A DNA stretch of 64,000 nucleotides from Klebsiella phage KP13-16: the sequence record OP617741.1, one strand, 5' to 3'. The position numbers and the translations under genes are program-made. Below the pieces are notes generated by a model. The model searched no databases and was not told the origin of the DNA. It saw nothing but the letters and a program-made list of their open reading frames with translations. Within the stretch, counting starts at the first letter, position 1; the number at the start of each line of letters is the position of its first letter. Of the stretch, positions 19,715 to 28,952 are shown piece by piece.

Positions 19715-20230
19715 TTATTTGATCACAGTGGCATTTTCAGGGATTTCAGCTTCATCAAGTACATAGATGGTAACATTGTACCCGGCTTCACACAATGTCT
19801 TTTTGATAATATCTTCAACAGAAGACCACTCTGCTCCTCCAAGACCTGCACCAAGTTTGGGAAGTCCAATTTTAAGATCCTGATTTTCAAAAAGCATTAG
19901 CTGTTTAGACATAGCTTTGAAAGAAGATTCAAGCTTATCTAAATCTGTATTTGGTTTTCCATCCTCACGTTTCCACCAACCCCACCGTCCGTATAAATTA
20001 TAAATACTTAAATTATACAATGGAGAATGGGCATATGAGAAATCTCCAAATTTTTTAGGGTCTCCTTTAATAGTTGAATCATCTGCAATAGCGACTTCCG
20101 GGAAAGCTTTATCTAAAAGTGGGGCAATCCCACGTTTACGTGCATTAAAACAGTTACATTGTTGTGCAATAACATTTACTTCTCCACTTTTTGCAGCCAA
20201 TAACAAATCCATCACTTTATATTTCAACAT
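19715..20230 (-). CDS. macro domain protein, TARG1/OARD1/DarG-like ADP-ribose hydrolase
   Basis: NVIAQQCNCFNARKRGIAPLL, LPKLGAGLGGAEWSSVEDII and C-terminal ITIYVL parallel TARG1 blocks AHCISEDCRMGAGIA, MPRIGCGLDRLQWENV, ITVYTL. Confidence 0.6.
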   Translation of the reverse strand: MLKYKVMDLLLAAKSGEVNVIAQQCNCFNARKRGIAPLLDKAFPEVAIADDSTIKGDPKKFGDFSYAHSPLYNLSIYNLYGRWGWWKREDGKPNTDLDKLESSFKAMSKQLMLFENQDLKIGLPKLGAGLGGAEWSSVEDIIKKTLCEAGYNVTIYVLDEAEIPENATVIK

Positions 20231-20238
20231 ATTACCCC

Positions 20239-20901
20239 CTATAATTTTAATGTCTCTCTATTTAAACTTATATCTTCTTTTATATCTTGGATCCTATCAA
20301 GTAAGGCAGTTTCAACAACCTTATTAAAGTGTGCAGATTCTTTATATTTTTGTAAGCTTTCCTTGATTGCAATAATTTTATAATCTTGCCACTGTTTATG
20401 AGCAAGGTCTGGTGAGTTATGATAACCTAGATAAACAATCTTACCAGATACATGACAATAAGCTTGGAACCTATCCCTATGATGAGGCTTTTTCTTCTTT
20501 TTAAGACTTACCCCTAGTGGGAGGTGTCCTCTTGCAGATCTACTATCTGTTAATAGGCAGTTAATATAGTTCGGAACCATAACGCAAGTCTCTTTACTAT
20601 AAAGCTTATTACCTTTAATTAATATATCCTTATCAATGCATAAATTATCAAAATCCTTAGATATGGCCCAAGCTTTAAAATTTGAAAAGTATTTCCACTC
20701 TTCACTTACAGTACAACCTTCATAGACAAAATAATATGGATCTTTTTGTTTTAAATTATAACATCTTCTAAGAATGTCTTTCCATCGGCTATATATCGGA
20801 CAGAGCCAAATTTGCTTCCATTTACCATCTTCAAATCTATTTATAGAGACAGGGTCTACACTATCATTAATGCCATAGTTATGTACAAGTTTTTGTTTCA
20901 A
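20239..20901 (-). CDS. AP2-domain DNA-binding protein, paralog of 15213-15845
   Basis: LPLGVSLKKKKKPHHRDRFQAY...LGYHNSPDLAHKQW AP2 domain; shared N-terminal W..RW..ILRRCY..C..EEW block. Confidence 0.5.
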   Translation of the reverse strand: MKQKLVHNYGINDSVDPVSINRFEDGKWKQIWLCPIYSRWKDILRRCYNLKQKDPYYFVYEGCTVSEEWKYFSNFKAWAISKDFDNLCIDKDILIKGNKLYSKETCVMVPNYINCLLTDSRSARGHLPLGVSLKKKKKPHHRDRFQAYCHVSGKIVYLGYHNSPDLAHKQWQDYKIIAIKESLQKYKESAHFNKVVETALLDRIQDIKEDISLNRETLKL

Positions 20902-20915
20902 TCAAATCTCCAACT

Positions 20916-21299
20916 TTATAGACTAACTTGTTCTGCATCCTTCATCTCCATAAGTTTATCTAAATAATCTTTTGCCATCTTCTTATAATCTTCCGGGAAG
21001 TATTCACGATAGTAGTCTTCAAGAAGCATCATGATGCTTGGCTCTGGTCCACTTTCAATACTTGCACATTGCGGGCGCAAGTCGAAGAAATTCTTTTCTT
21101 TCTGTAACTTTGCTTCTTCGATTAACTTATCAACTTCTTTAATTTCAAGTTTAATCTTATGACAAGTTTTACTGAAATAACTTTGATCCATCTTTTTCCT
21201 GTTCACCGAACATTTTCGAAAGGAATGCAAATCTCTGATAAGTTCATTTCTAAAATTATTCAAAGCTATAACTAGTTTTTTGTTTTTATTCATTACCAA
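20916..21299 (-). CDS. hypothetical protein; paralog of 23683-23958
   Basis: shared block FR...VNRK.....FS.T......EI.E.DKLI...KL with ORF 23683-23958. Confidence 0.35.
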   Translation of the reverse strand: MVMNKNKKLVIALNNFRNELIRDLHSFRKCSVNRKKMDQSYFSKTCHKIKLEIKEVDKLIEEAKLQKEKNFFDLRPQCASIESGPEPSIMMLLEDYYREYFPEDYKKMAKDYLDKLMEMKDAEQVSL

Positions 21300-21532
21300 G
21301 GTGCCTCTTCTAATTGGGAATGGGAGATGCCCATCATATCTGCCAGATCGTCTTTTGTCAACAATTTTCTTTCAAACAAATTTGTAACCAGCAAAACAAA
21401 CATCTCACCTACGTTATTATTAGATTGCTCTAATAGTAACTGCTCAAGGTTAAAAGTTTTAGTATCACTATAATCCTCATTCGTAAGGAAGAAATGCTTT
21501 TGTTGTGGGTTTAGCATAGGTCTTTTCCTCAA
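21293..21532 (-). CDS. hypothetical protein (79 aa)
   Basis: ORF track. Confidence 0.3.
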   Translation of the reverse strand: MRKRPMLNPQQKHFFLTNEDYSDTKTFNLEQLLLEQSNNNVGEMFVLLVTNLFERKLLTKDDLADMMGISHSQLEEAPW

Positions 21533-21740
21533 ATCTCAGTTCGCCGTTAAGTTTTTCAATTCTATGTGGGAGAACATCCTGGCCCCACCAAGGCTTTTCA
21601 TGAATACGATAACTCCAGACTGTCATGAAAGAGTCTTCTTCAGTGCCTTCTCCTTTGATTCTAACAGTCTTATTATAGATATCCCGGATAGTAGCTTCTA
21701 TCCCATCTACTAAGACAATCTCATGAATTCTGTAAGGCAT
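21477..21740 (-). CDS. hypothetical protein (~87 aa)
   Basis: ORF track; start trimmed to MPYRIHE to limit overlap with nadR-like gene. Confidence 0.3.
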   Translation of the reverse strand: MPYRIHEIVLVDGIEATIRDIYNKTVRIKGEGTEEDSFMTVWSYRIHEKPWWGQDVLPHRIEKLNGELRFEEKTYAKPTTKAFLPYE

Positions 21741-21754
21741 CTGGTATTCATTAG

Positions 21755-23356
21755 TCACAAATATGCTCCAAGAATATGTTCTGAATAAACCTCTTCTAGA
21801 AAATCTTCCCAAAATTCCTTATCTACTGAAGAAGGATAATGAGAGTTTTCTGCTAAAATTTCAACTTCCTGTACAACCTTCTCAAGTTCTTCCTGAACCT
21901 CATTGAAAGGCATGTTACCAGTCTTAACAGATAAAATCAAGGGATTTTGTTCCATAGGATAAACAAGATCACCATGCTTATAAATGTTAATAAGTTGATA
22001 TCCACCACGAAGAGCGTGGCTCAGAGCTTTCCAATCCACACCTTGATTAGCCTCAGCCAAACGTGCTCTATCGCCATATTCTTCCCACAGTTTAAATAAA
22101 GACGTCTTCATTTCTTTTACTGAGACTGTTTGTTGAAACTTTCTTCCAAGAACTTCATAAAAGATTTGATTTACACCATTTTTATCCGTAGCAAAGATCC
22201 AATATGCAAACTCATTGAGTGGAAAATATTCTTTGAAATCACCAACCTTTTTAGAATCATCTATTGTTTTAATACATTCTACAACTTCACGTAATGCTGC
22301 AAGCCTGGAGCCTTTAATTCCATACTTAGATGCTTGTTTCCTTACATAACCAAAAAGCCCTGTCAGCTTTTTAGTATAAAAACGGTGACGATTGTCACGA
22401 ATATATTGCCACGTTTCAGAATTGGTTACGAGCTTACTATCTGTATCTTGCAAACGGAGAGGATCAGCCACCCACTCAACTTCTGGGGAAAGGTATAGCA
22501 CCATGTCGTAGAAGTTATGAGCTTCTTCAACAGCCAACGACATAAACATACCATCATTGTAGCTCACTTTACCAGCACAAATTGCAGAAAAATGTGTTAT
22601 AAGATTGGTTGTATCTGAAATATGCACCACATGTGCCTGATTTGAGTTACTAAATTCCTCAATACGGTGGATCATAGCAATCTTAAGATATGCTTCACGA
22701 TCCATTAAAAATTCACTGCCATTGTACATCTGTTCGCAAATATGCCGCCCTACTTCGGGTGTTGATGTTGTTCCATAGTGCTGTGCTAGAAGCTCAGTCA
22801 TAGTGGATTTGCCAGTGCTCTCAACACCAATGATAGCTACACGTTTTACAAAACGAGGACGAGCTTGATCTGAAAGATACTCGAAGTTATCACGTAGATT
22901 AGTACGAATACGTGTTGCAGAGATATCCACTCCTGTACGCTCTGCATCCAACACAACATGCTCCACCTCTGGGAAATGCTCAGAGAAGTACTCAGTATAC
23001 TCCGGCTCAGAAGAGAAAGCATGTGTCAACACTTCCCCTTCTGGGATTTTAGCACGAATCAACTCAGCATAAGCCTTACCACCTTCTGGATAACCAGGAA
23101 TATCAGACTCATCCACATAATCTACAATCACTTTGTGTTGTAACCCTGAGTCTTGAATTAAAGATTTAAGATCCAATAAACGCTGGGTTAAACCTAGACG
23201 GTCTTGCATCCAAGGTGTTTGAGTGTCGTTAAACTTCTGGTCAAACGACAGAAACAGGTATAGCCGATCAATACCTGAATCTACAGCCATACGAATGAAG
23301 TTGACGTGTCCTGCTGTCAGGGGTGCAAATTTACCTAAAATTAAGCCTACGTTCAT
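21755..23356 (-). CDS. nadR: NadR-like bifunctional NMN adenylyltransferase / ribosylnicotinamide kinase with C-terminal extension
   Basis: N-terminal GKFAPLTAGHVNFI (HxGH-type nucleotidyltransferase); central P-loop IIGVESTGKSTMTELLA of RNK domain; ~150 aa unassigned C-terminus. Confidence 0.75.
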   Translation of the reverse strand: MNVGLILGKFAPLTAGHVNFIRMAVDSGIDRLYLFLSFDQKFNDTQTPWMQDRLGLTQRLLDLKSLIQDSGLQHKVIVDYVDESDIPGYPEGGKAYAELIRAKIPEGEVLTHAFSSEPEYTEYFSEHFPEVEHVVLDAERTGVDISATRIRTNLRDNFEYLSDQARPRFVKRVAIIGVESTGKSTMTELLAQHYGTTSTPEVGRHICEQMYNGSEFLMDREAYLKIAMIHRIEEFSNSNQAHVVHISDTTNLITHFSAICAGKVSYNDGMFMSLAVEEAHNFYDMVLYLSPEVEWVADPLRLQDTDSKLVTNSETWQYIRDNRHRFYTKKLTGLFGYVRKQASKYGIKGSRLAALREVVECIKTIDDSKKVGDFKEYFPLNEFAYWIFATDKNGVNQIFYEVLGRKFQQTVSVKEMKTSLFKLWEEYGDRARLAEANQGVDWKALSHALRGGYQLINIYKHGDLVYPMEQNPLILSVKTGNMPFNEVQEELEKVVQEVEILAENSHYPSSVDKEFWEDFLEEVYSEHILGAYL

Positions 23357-23682
23357 GGGGTCTCCTTTGTCTAATCAGTTTGTATCTTAGATTACTATTA
23401 AGTAATTGTCAACTGTTAATTGGTTAATTAGGTATGTAGTTTGTTTTACACTTACAATGATACACCTCTAGGTAGGATAATCAAGGAAATAATAGTAAAT
23501 CGTATAACTACTATGGACATAGTATCCATAATACCTCCTATAAAAGAAAAGCTATCCGTCCCTTCCTATCTAACGATAGTCAGGAACGAATAGCTATAGA
23601 ATCTCCCCTCGCTTCGCTCGGCACCTTGTAGGGTTAGGGTAGCATATTTTTCAGCGAAAGTCAATATCCCTGAGACATTTAT

Positions 23683-23958
23683 TTAAGGCAGTGGAAAGTA
23701 AATTGTGTTGGACTCGTAATCGTAGTAGTATTGTATTCCAGTTTCACGAGATACACGTAGCGCCAGCTTAACTCCTGCAATGAGTTTGTCCATTTCAGCA
23801 ATCTCTTTACGGAAGCGTGTTACTGTGTGAGAGAATGCACTATGTGGCACCCATTTACGGTTTACACGATCACGTTTGAAGTGACGGAAATCTTCAATGA
23901 CGTTATTGCGCTGTTTACGCAGTACAGCCATCAGGTGGTAATACGGATGTTTGTTCAT
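23683..23958 (-). CDS. hypothetical protein; paralog of 20916-21299
   Basis: shared motif block with 20916-21299; GC-richer codon usage. Confidence 0.35.
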   Translation of the reverse strand: MNKHPYYHLMAVLRKQRNNVIEDFRHFKRDRVNRKWVPHSAFSHTVTRFRKEIAEMDKLIAGVKLALRVSRETGIQYYYDYESNTIYFPLP

Positions 23959-23969
23959 TATTTTACTCC

Positions 23970-24248
23970 TTACTTAGGGAACACAGAACCGGGGGTAGCT
24001 TCTTCCATTTGCAGAAGCTGTTCACACATACCATACACCTCTCCGTATGTGATCTCGGTTATACCTGTGTCGTCACAAATCATTTCACACAGTTTATTAA
24101 TGTCTATGCCACCGCAACGCTGCTCGGACTTACGCATCCCTTCACCTTCTTTCCAGTCAACTGGAGACTGGAGAAGAATCAGTTCTCCATTACCCAGTTC
24201 AACCAGGTAATCTGCAATATTTTCGCGTGGGGTATATTGTTCAGTCAT
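23970..24248 (-). CDS. hypothetical acidic protein (92 aa)
   Basis: ORF track. Confidence 0.35.
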   Translation of the reverse strand: MTEQYTPRENIADYLVELGNGELILLQSPVDWKEGEGMRKSEQRCGGIDINKLCEMICDDTGITEITYGEVYGMCEQLLQMEEATPGSVFPK

Positions 24249-24670
24249 TTTATCTCCTTAACAAAATCAGATGCACGATCAAACCAGAATGTGCAATGTT
24301 TTTCAGTGGCTTCTATTAAAGCATCAAATGCTTCTTGTGTCAACTCCACAGGGGTATACCGATTTGGACGCTCATAGTATAAACCAGTATAAGTCCTTTC
24401 AAAGTCTTTCTGGCGTTCTTTCAGGCCTTCCACGGTTAAGCCTACCATATACCCATCCTGTTTACTACCCCAGCCTGCTTCAGATTCGATAACAGGGATA
24501 CAGAAGCCATAAAAACGCTCTGTATCGCTCTCCACCGGGTTTTTAGCAGAAGCCGCACCGTTTTCCCATCCCTCTTTAAAAATCGTATACAGCTTCTCGT
24601 AGAGGCTTCTATTCGAGCCTTCTTTGTATGGGTGAAGTTCTTCAAACTTCGCACGAATAGTGTTTGTCAT
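24245..24670 (-). CDS. hypothetical protein (141 aa)
   Basis: ORF track. Confidence 0.35.
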   Translation of the reverse strand: MTNTIRAKFEELHPYKEGSNRSLYEKLYTIFKEGWENGAASAKNPVESDTERFYGFCIPVIESEAGWGSKQDGYMVGLTVEGLKERQKDFERTYTGLYYERPNRYTPVELTQEAFDALIEATEKHCTFWFDRASDFVKEIK

Positions 24671-24810
24671 AAAAGCTCCTTACTCCATTAATGAAAAAAT
24701 CAAACAAAGAATTTGTCCACCAATACAAATAAATCCTGCGGTAAGGTTATCAAAACCCCAAATGAAAACATTTGCTAAAATCATCAATAAAATATTAAGA
24801 CCAAACCACA

Positions 24811-25137
24811 TCATTCACCTCCTTTAGGGATGTATTGCGGCATAGGCATGTATGCCACTACAGGCTCCCAGTCAAAGTAGAAACGACCATTAATCACTGC
24901 AAACTTACCACTACCACCCTGTACAACTTGGCAAACACCGTATTCCCCATCAGCCATGATGACAACCCAGTTGCCGAATGGCATGTTGTGGATACCATCA
25001 ACATCAATCCAAGGATGTTGTAAACTGTAAATCTTGTTTACGACCTCTGTGAAGTCTGGATCATACAAACCGAGGTCATGCGCAATGTTCAACAACATTT
25101 CTTTGTACAGTTCTTCACGTGTCATAGATTCAGCCAT
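24811..25137 (-). CDS. hypothetical protein (108 aa)
   Basis: ORF track. Confidence 0.35.
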   Translation of the reverse strand: MAESMTREELYKEMLLNIAHDLGLYDPDFTEVVNKIYSLQHPWIDVDGIHNMPFGNWVVIMADGEYGVCQVVQGGSGKFAVINGRFYFDWEPVVAYMPMPQYIPKGGE

Positions 25138-25514
25138 TAGCGTACTTCCAAGCTTGGGATTAAGGTTTGTGGAGCAAAGATAACACGAGTGTGATCAACA
25201 CTCACCTGAGCACCATCAATTTGCTCAATGAAATAGGTGGTATCCGTAGAGAGTCCCATATAATGTTTCTTCACAGAACCGTTAGCCTTATCACGACAAG
25301 TGATGATCAGTGTACGATCAGTGCTACTGTTATCTTTCGCACAGTAACCTTCAATACGCATTAACTCTTTGTCTGTACGAGTGTTGATGAAGTGGGTGGA
25401 ACGCAACACTTCGAAGTTATCGCCAGCGGTGGCGATGTTACGACTTGCAACGTCAGCAGCTTGTTCACAACCAGCCAAACCCAAGCATAAAGCAATCAGC
25501 AGAATCTTTTTCAT
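25137..25514 (-). CDS. lipoprotein
   Basis: lipobox MKKILLIALCLGLAGCEQ. Confidence 0.5.
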   Translation of the reverse strand: MKKILLIALCLGLAGCEQAADVASRNIATAGDNFEVLRSTHFINTRTDKELMRIEGYCAKDNSSTDRTLIITCRDKANGSVKKHYMGLSTDTTYFIEQIDGAQVSVDHTRVIFAPQTLIPSLEVR

Positions 25515-25753
25515 TTTACTCTCCTTCTTTATTCACAATTTTGTAGTATGGAAGTTTCTTAATCAACTCTTCCGGTATACCGCTTTCAGACCAAGTGGCT
25601 CCACCGTCTGTAGAGGCGTAGCCCTTGTTGCCAACGTACTTACGCATGATAGCACGAAACATGTTTTGATAGATAGTCATTTACAAATACACCCACCAGA
25701 GAAAATACTACCATAACATTTCTCGCACATAACATCTTCAATAAATAATATTT

Positions 25754-26215
25754 TCATTTCTTCTTCCTCCTTTTAAGTTTGTTGTGACCACGACCTTTCG
25801 TGATACGGAAGTTGTAGTTCTCCTTCTCACGAGGCAGTGTAGGAGATCGTGGAGAGATACCTACCCAGTAGTCCATAGTATCAGCAGTGTAGCATCCTCC
25901 TGTGAACAAAGCAATAACCCTACCCTCTAGTGCAGAGTAATTGTCACATAAAACTACCGCTTTAACTTTCTGACGGTCTTTCCCCGTAGATGCTCCAATA
26001 ACACGCAACTCATCTTTTGTCTCACTTTCAAGAATCATCCATCCTTCATGCTGCCAATCATAGCCTTTGTCCCAACCAGCCATAGGGTAGCCATGCTCAT
26101 CGAAAATTTTACCATCTTCCATATAGAAGAACTCCTCGCTGGTAAAGTGACGGTTCTTAACACGTTTACCTTCACGCATTGCTTCTTGGGCTTGAGTCCA
26201 GGTTAATTCGTACAT
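25754..26215 (-). CDS. hypothetical protein with DUF2829-like N-terminal motif
   Basis: start trimmed to MYELTWTQAQEAMREGKRVKNRHF (RBS GAGAGG); resembles MxxFSEALEALKxGKKVRR motif of DUF2829. Confidence 0.35.
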   Translation of the reverse strand: MYELTWTQAQEAMREGKRVKNRHFTSEEFFYMEDGKIFDEHGYPMAGWDKGYDWQHEGWMILESETKDELRVIGASTGKDRQKVKAVVLCDNYSALEGRVIALFTGGCYTADTMDYWVGISPRSPTLPREKENYNFRITKGRGHNKLKRRKKK

Positions 26216-26216
26216 T

Positions 26217-26456
26217 TTACCCTCTCTTTTCAATTTTAGTAACATTACGAGGCCAGATGATATCTCTGCTATTATAACTAATTGTATCACCTCCTCGGAT
26301 GAAACGATAGTTATTTCCCCACCCTTGTTCCCAAGCGAGGGCAACTTTAAAACGTTCACCATCTTTTGTTTCTATAAAGAAAGTTTCTTCATAATCTGGG
26401 TTGTCATAAATATTATCACAAGCCTGCTCTGTACCACTAAAATTCTTAAAATCCAT
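26217..26456 (-). CDS. hypothetical protein (79 aa)
   Basis: ORF track; stop abuts next start. Confidence 0.3.
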   Translation of the reverse strand: MDFKNFSGTEQACDNIYDNPDYEETFFIETKDGERFKVALAWEQGWGNNYRFIRGGDTISYNSRDIIWPRNVTKIEKRG

Positions 26457-26458
26457 TA

Positions 26459-26836
26459 CTATACTCCTTTACAGAAGTTAACCACATCTTCATACGAGAG
26501 TCCAGCACGCTGGACCGCGTTCCGAATAGTTTCCTTTGCTGATTGAATGGCTTGCTCTTTTTCTTTCAAAAGTTGAGCGTTAGTTTTAACTTTACCAACC
26601 CAACCACCATAAGATTGCTGTCTGATTTCTGCAAACAGATGTTCTAATTCATTAGCTGGTTTAGCTATGAGTACTGGATTACCTACCTGAGTAATACTAT
26701 ACTCATAATATTCATTTTTACCAATACTTTTCAAGTACTTAATTGCATGTTCCGGGTTGTCTGCTTCAACATAGCCAAGATGCTTGATAGTACGGCCTTC
26801 GCAATCACCTTCAGTAGTTACTTTATAAATAGGCAT
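26459..26836 (-). CDS. hypothetical protein (~125 aa)
   Basis: ORF track; start trimmed to MPIYKVTT. Confidence 0.35.
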   Translation of the reverse strand: MPIYKVTTEGDCEGRTIKHLGYVEADNPEHAIKYLKSIGKNEYYEYSITQVGNPVLIAKPANELEHLFAEIRQQSYGGWVGKVKTNAQLLKEKEQAIQSAKETIRNAVQRAGLSYEDVVNFCKGV

Positions 26837-26924
26837 CTTTTCTCTCCTCTTGTTTGTATGCAACAATCTTAGCAAACTGAAAATTAAAGTCAATAGTTGA
26901 CATCAAATATTTTTAGAGTAAAAT

Positions 26925-27230
26925 GTGTGTATCTTAACCAAGAAAGCAGGTCAATCTCATAATGAGTACCTTTCAGGCATTTTGTATTCTTCTGATGCGT
27001 GTCGTGTGAAGCTGGCTGACCTTCGTCACAACATAGATATTCGTCGTTTAAAAGGTTTGCGAGAAAAAGACTTTGCAAGAATGCAAAAGTATCTTAAGAT
27101 GTACAAAACTATTGAGATGATGCTTGAATGGGATGTTTTGCATAGCCCAGCAGCTTACTTTTCTCTTGGGGATTATTATGAACATCGTGTTAGTCACATT
27201 GAGGAACTCTTGAATGATAAAGGCAACTAA
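26925..27230 (+). pseudogene. 5'-truncated HD-domain (SpoT/small alarmone hydrolase-like) remnant
   Basis: contains RVKLADLRHNIDIRRL (cf. SpoT KLADRLHNMRTL) but lacks upstream His-Asp half; sits at a strand-switch point. Confidence 0.35.
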
Positions 27231-27501
27231 AAACATTTCAGAAACTGTTGACGGTTATGGGATCATAATTGCTGTCCATGGTGACAATGAAAAGTGGTTA
27301 GCTTCTTTTGAGGAGGACGAAGACCGTAACATCCGTCTGGATGCACCAATCAAGGTTTTGCATCAAGTTGGTGAACAGAAAACATGCTTGAGGTCTTACA
27401 AAGAGTATAGTGTGACGAATGATCTAATAAAAATGCTTGACTTTGTAATTGAGTTGTTCGAAAATGCACCAAAAGACATCAAACGTGTACTTGCATTCTG
27501 A
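27214..27501 (+). CDS. hypothetical protein (95 aa)
   Basis: ORF track. Confidence 0.35.
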   Translation: MIKATKNISETVDGYGIIIAVHGDNEKWLASFEEDEDRNIRLDAPIKVLHQVGEQKTCLRSYKEYSVTNDLIKMLDFVIELFENAPKDIKRVLAF

Positions 27502-27512
27502 GGAGAACTAAA

Positions 27513-27782
27513 ATGTCCATTGGAAAACTTGAGGTTGGAGATTTACTTTTAACACAGACTTATAGTGGGAAAGAGATTGTTGAGATTTGCCAGTACCGTG
27601 GAGAGACAGGATCTTTAATGTATACGCTTTATCATCCAGATTTACTGTTAAAATCAAATCTTGAACGTTTTGTAAAAGATACAGATTCAATGCCATACTG
27701 TATGAGTATTGTTCGTAAGAGTAACGCAGAAAAATATCAATATATTATTGATATGATTTTAAAAAGTTCTCAGGAGGGATAA
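27513..27782 (+). CDS. hypothetical protein (89 aa)
   Basis: ORF track; RBS GGAGAAC. Confidence 0.35.
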   Translation: MSIGKLEVGDLLLTQTYSGKEIVEICQYRGETGSLMYTLYHPDLLLKSNLERFVKDTDSMPYCMSIVRKSNAEKYQYIIDMILKSSQEG

Positions 27783-28249
27783 TGGCTATTCCAGATTATG
27801 CAGATCAACGTTCCTACAACCGTTTTCGTAAAAGTTTTGTAGGTAGTTTTCATGGTGAAAATGGCAGTAGTTATAGGATGTATTGGAGTCCTGAATGTAA
27901 CACACAACCAACTAAGATGGTCTTTAGCTCAGGTGCTCCAATTTGTGCATACTGTGGTCATGAAGGTTTACCTTTACAACCTTATATTGAAGAAGGTGAT
28001 TATCAGGTTTACGGTTATGCTTGTGTATGTAAAGGTGCCATGGATGAAGAAGCTTGGCAACAAGAACAAGCTACATTGATAAGCAACCATCAAAAAGAAA
28101 TGGAACTACTTTTAGAACGTAAACCCAAAACAAATCCTGCTGTGATTAAGGGTTTAATTAATACTCTGACTCGTCGTCTCCAAGAAGCTGAAACTTTAGA
28201 TGACGTCAACACAATCTTAGATAAATTAAAATCTATTCACGAAGATTGA
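27782..28249 (+). CDS. hypothetical Cys-rich protein (155 aa)
   Basis: ORF track; CAYCGHEG...CVCKG. Confidence 0.35.
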   Translation: MAIPDYADQRSYNRFRKSFVGSFHGENGSSYRMYWSPECNTQPTKMVFSSGAPICAYCGHEGLPLQPYIEEGDYQVYGYACVCKGAMDEEAWQQEQATLISNHQKEMELLLERKPKTNPAVIKGLINTLTRRLQEAETLDDVNTILDKLKSIHED

Positions 28250-28275
28250 TTTTTATTTAAATTCAGGAGTTTATT

Positions 28276-28644
28276 ATGAATGGTTACTATGTACCGATTA
28301 AAGTTCAGATTGTACAAGATAAAGATCTGATTAAACAAGAGTTTGATTCCATTAACCCAGATGGGCGTTATAGTTTAAATGAGTTATTCCCTGGTGTTAC
28401 TTCTGGGAAATTTGTCAAAATTGATAGTTTCTTTATCAATGAAGATGATGAACAAATCCTTACTGTTTCTTTCTTCAGGGATGGTGGTCAAGGTACACCT
28501 TACAAAGAAGTTTTATGCAAACAAGAAGCAAAACTTTGCATGGACCACAGTAAACGTAAATTTTATATTGACACTCGTTTTGGTGTGTATTATCTTTCTA
28601 AAGGGGATTTAGACATCGTTCATAAGTTGAAGAGTAGAAAATAA
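28276..28644 (+). CDS. hypothetical protein (122 aa)
   Basis: ORF track; RBS AGGAG. Confidence 0.35.
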   Translation: MNGYYVPIKVQIVQDKDLIKQEFDSINPDGRYSLNELFPGVTSGKFVKIDSFFINEDDEQILTVSFFRDGGQGTPYKEVLCKQEAKLCMDHSKRKFYIDTRFGVYYLSKGDLDIVHKLKSRK

Positions 28645-28865
28645 TGAATCAAAATACTTTTGTTTGTCCGGGAATGATTGTAAAACTACCATATAAGCTA
28701 GGTGATTCCGTAGTGTATGCTCACTGTGTAGTTGTTCAAGTTTTTAGGTATACAGTTGATATGGAAAATCTTAAAACACGAAATATTTTCCCTGTTGACA
28801 TTTCTTCACTTAGGCAACACGGTGAATTAATTGGCTATAGTTATAAGGAAAAATGGAATGATTAA
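28644..28865 (+). CDS. hypothetical protein (73 aa)
   Basis: ORF track; ATGA overlap. Confidence 0.3.
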   Translation: MNQNTFVCPGMIVKLPYKLGDSVVYAHCVVVQVFRYTVDMENLKTRNIFPVDISSLRQHGELIGYSYKEKWND

Positions 28866-28952
28866 ACCTTTAGAGTATCATGGGACGAATAAACCTTACA
28901 CAGCAATGGATTTAATCCTTGCTAAACAAAAACTTATGAATGAGGTAAAATA

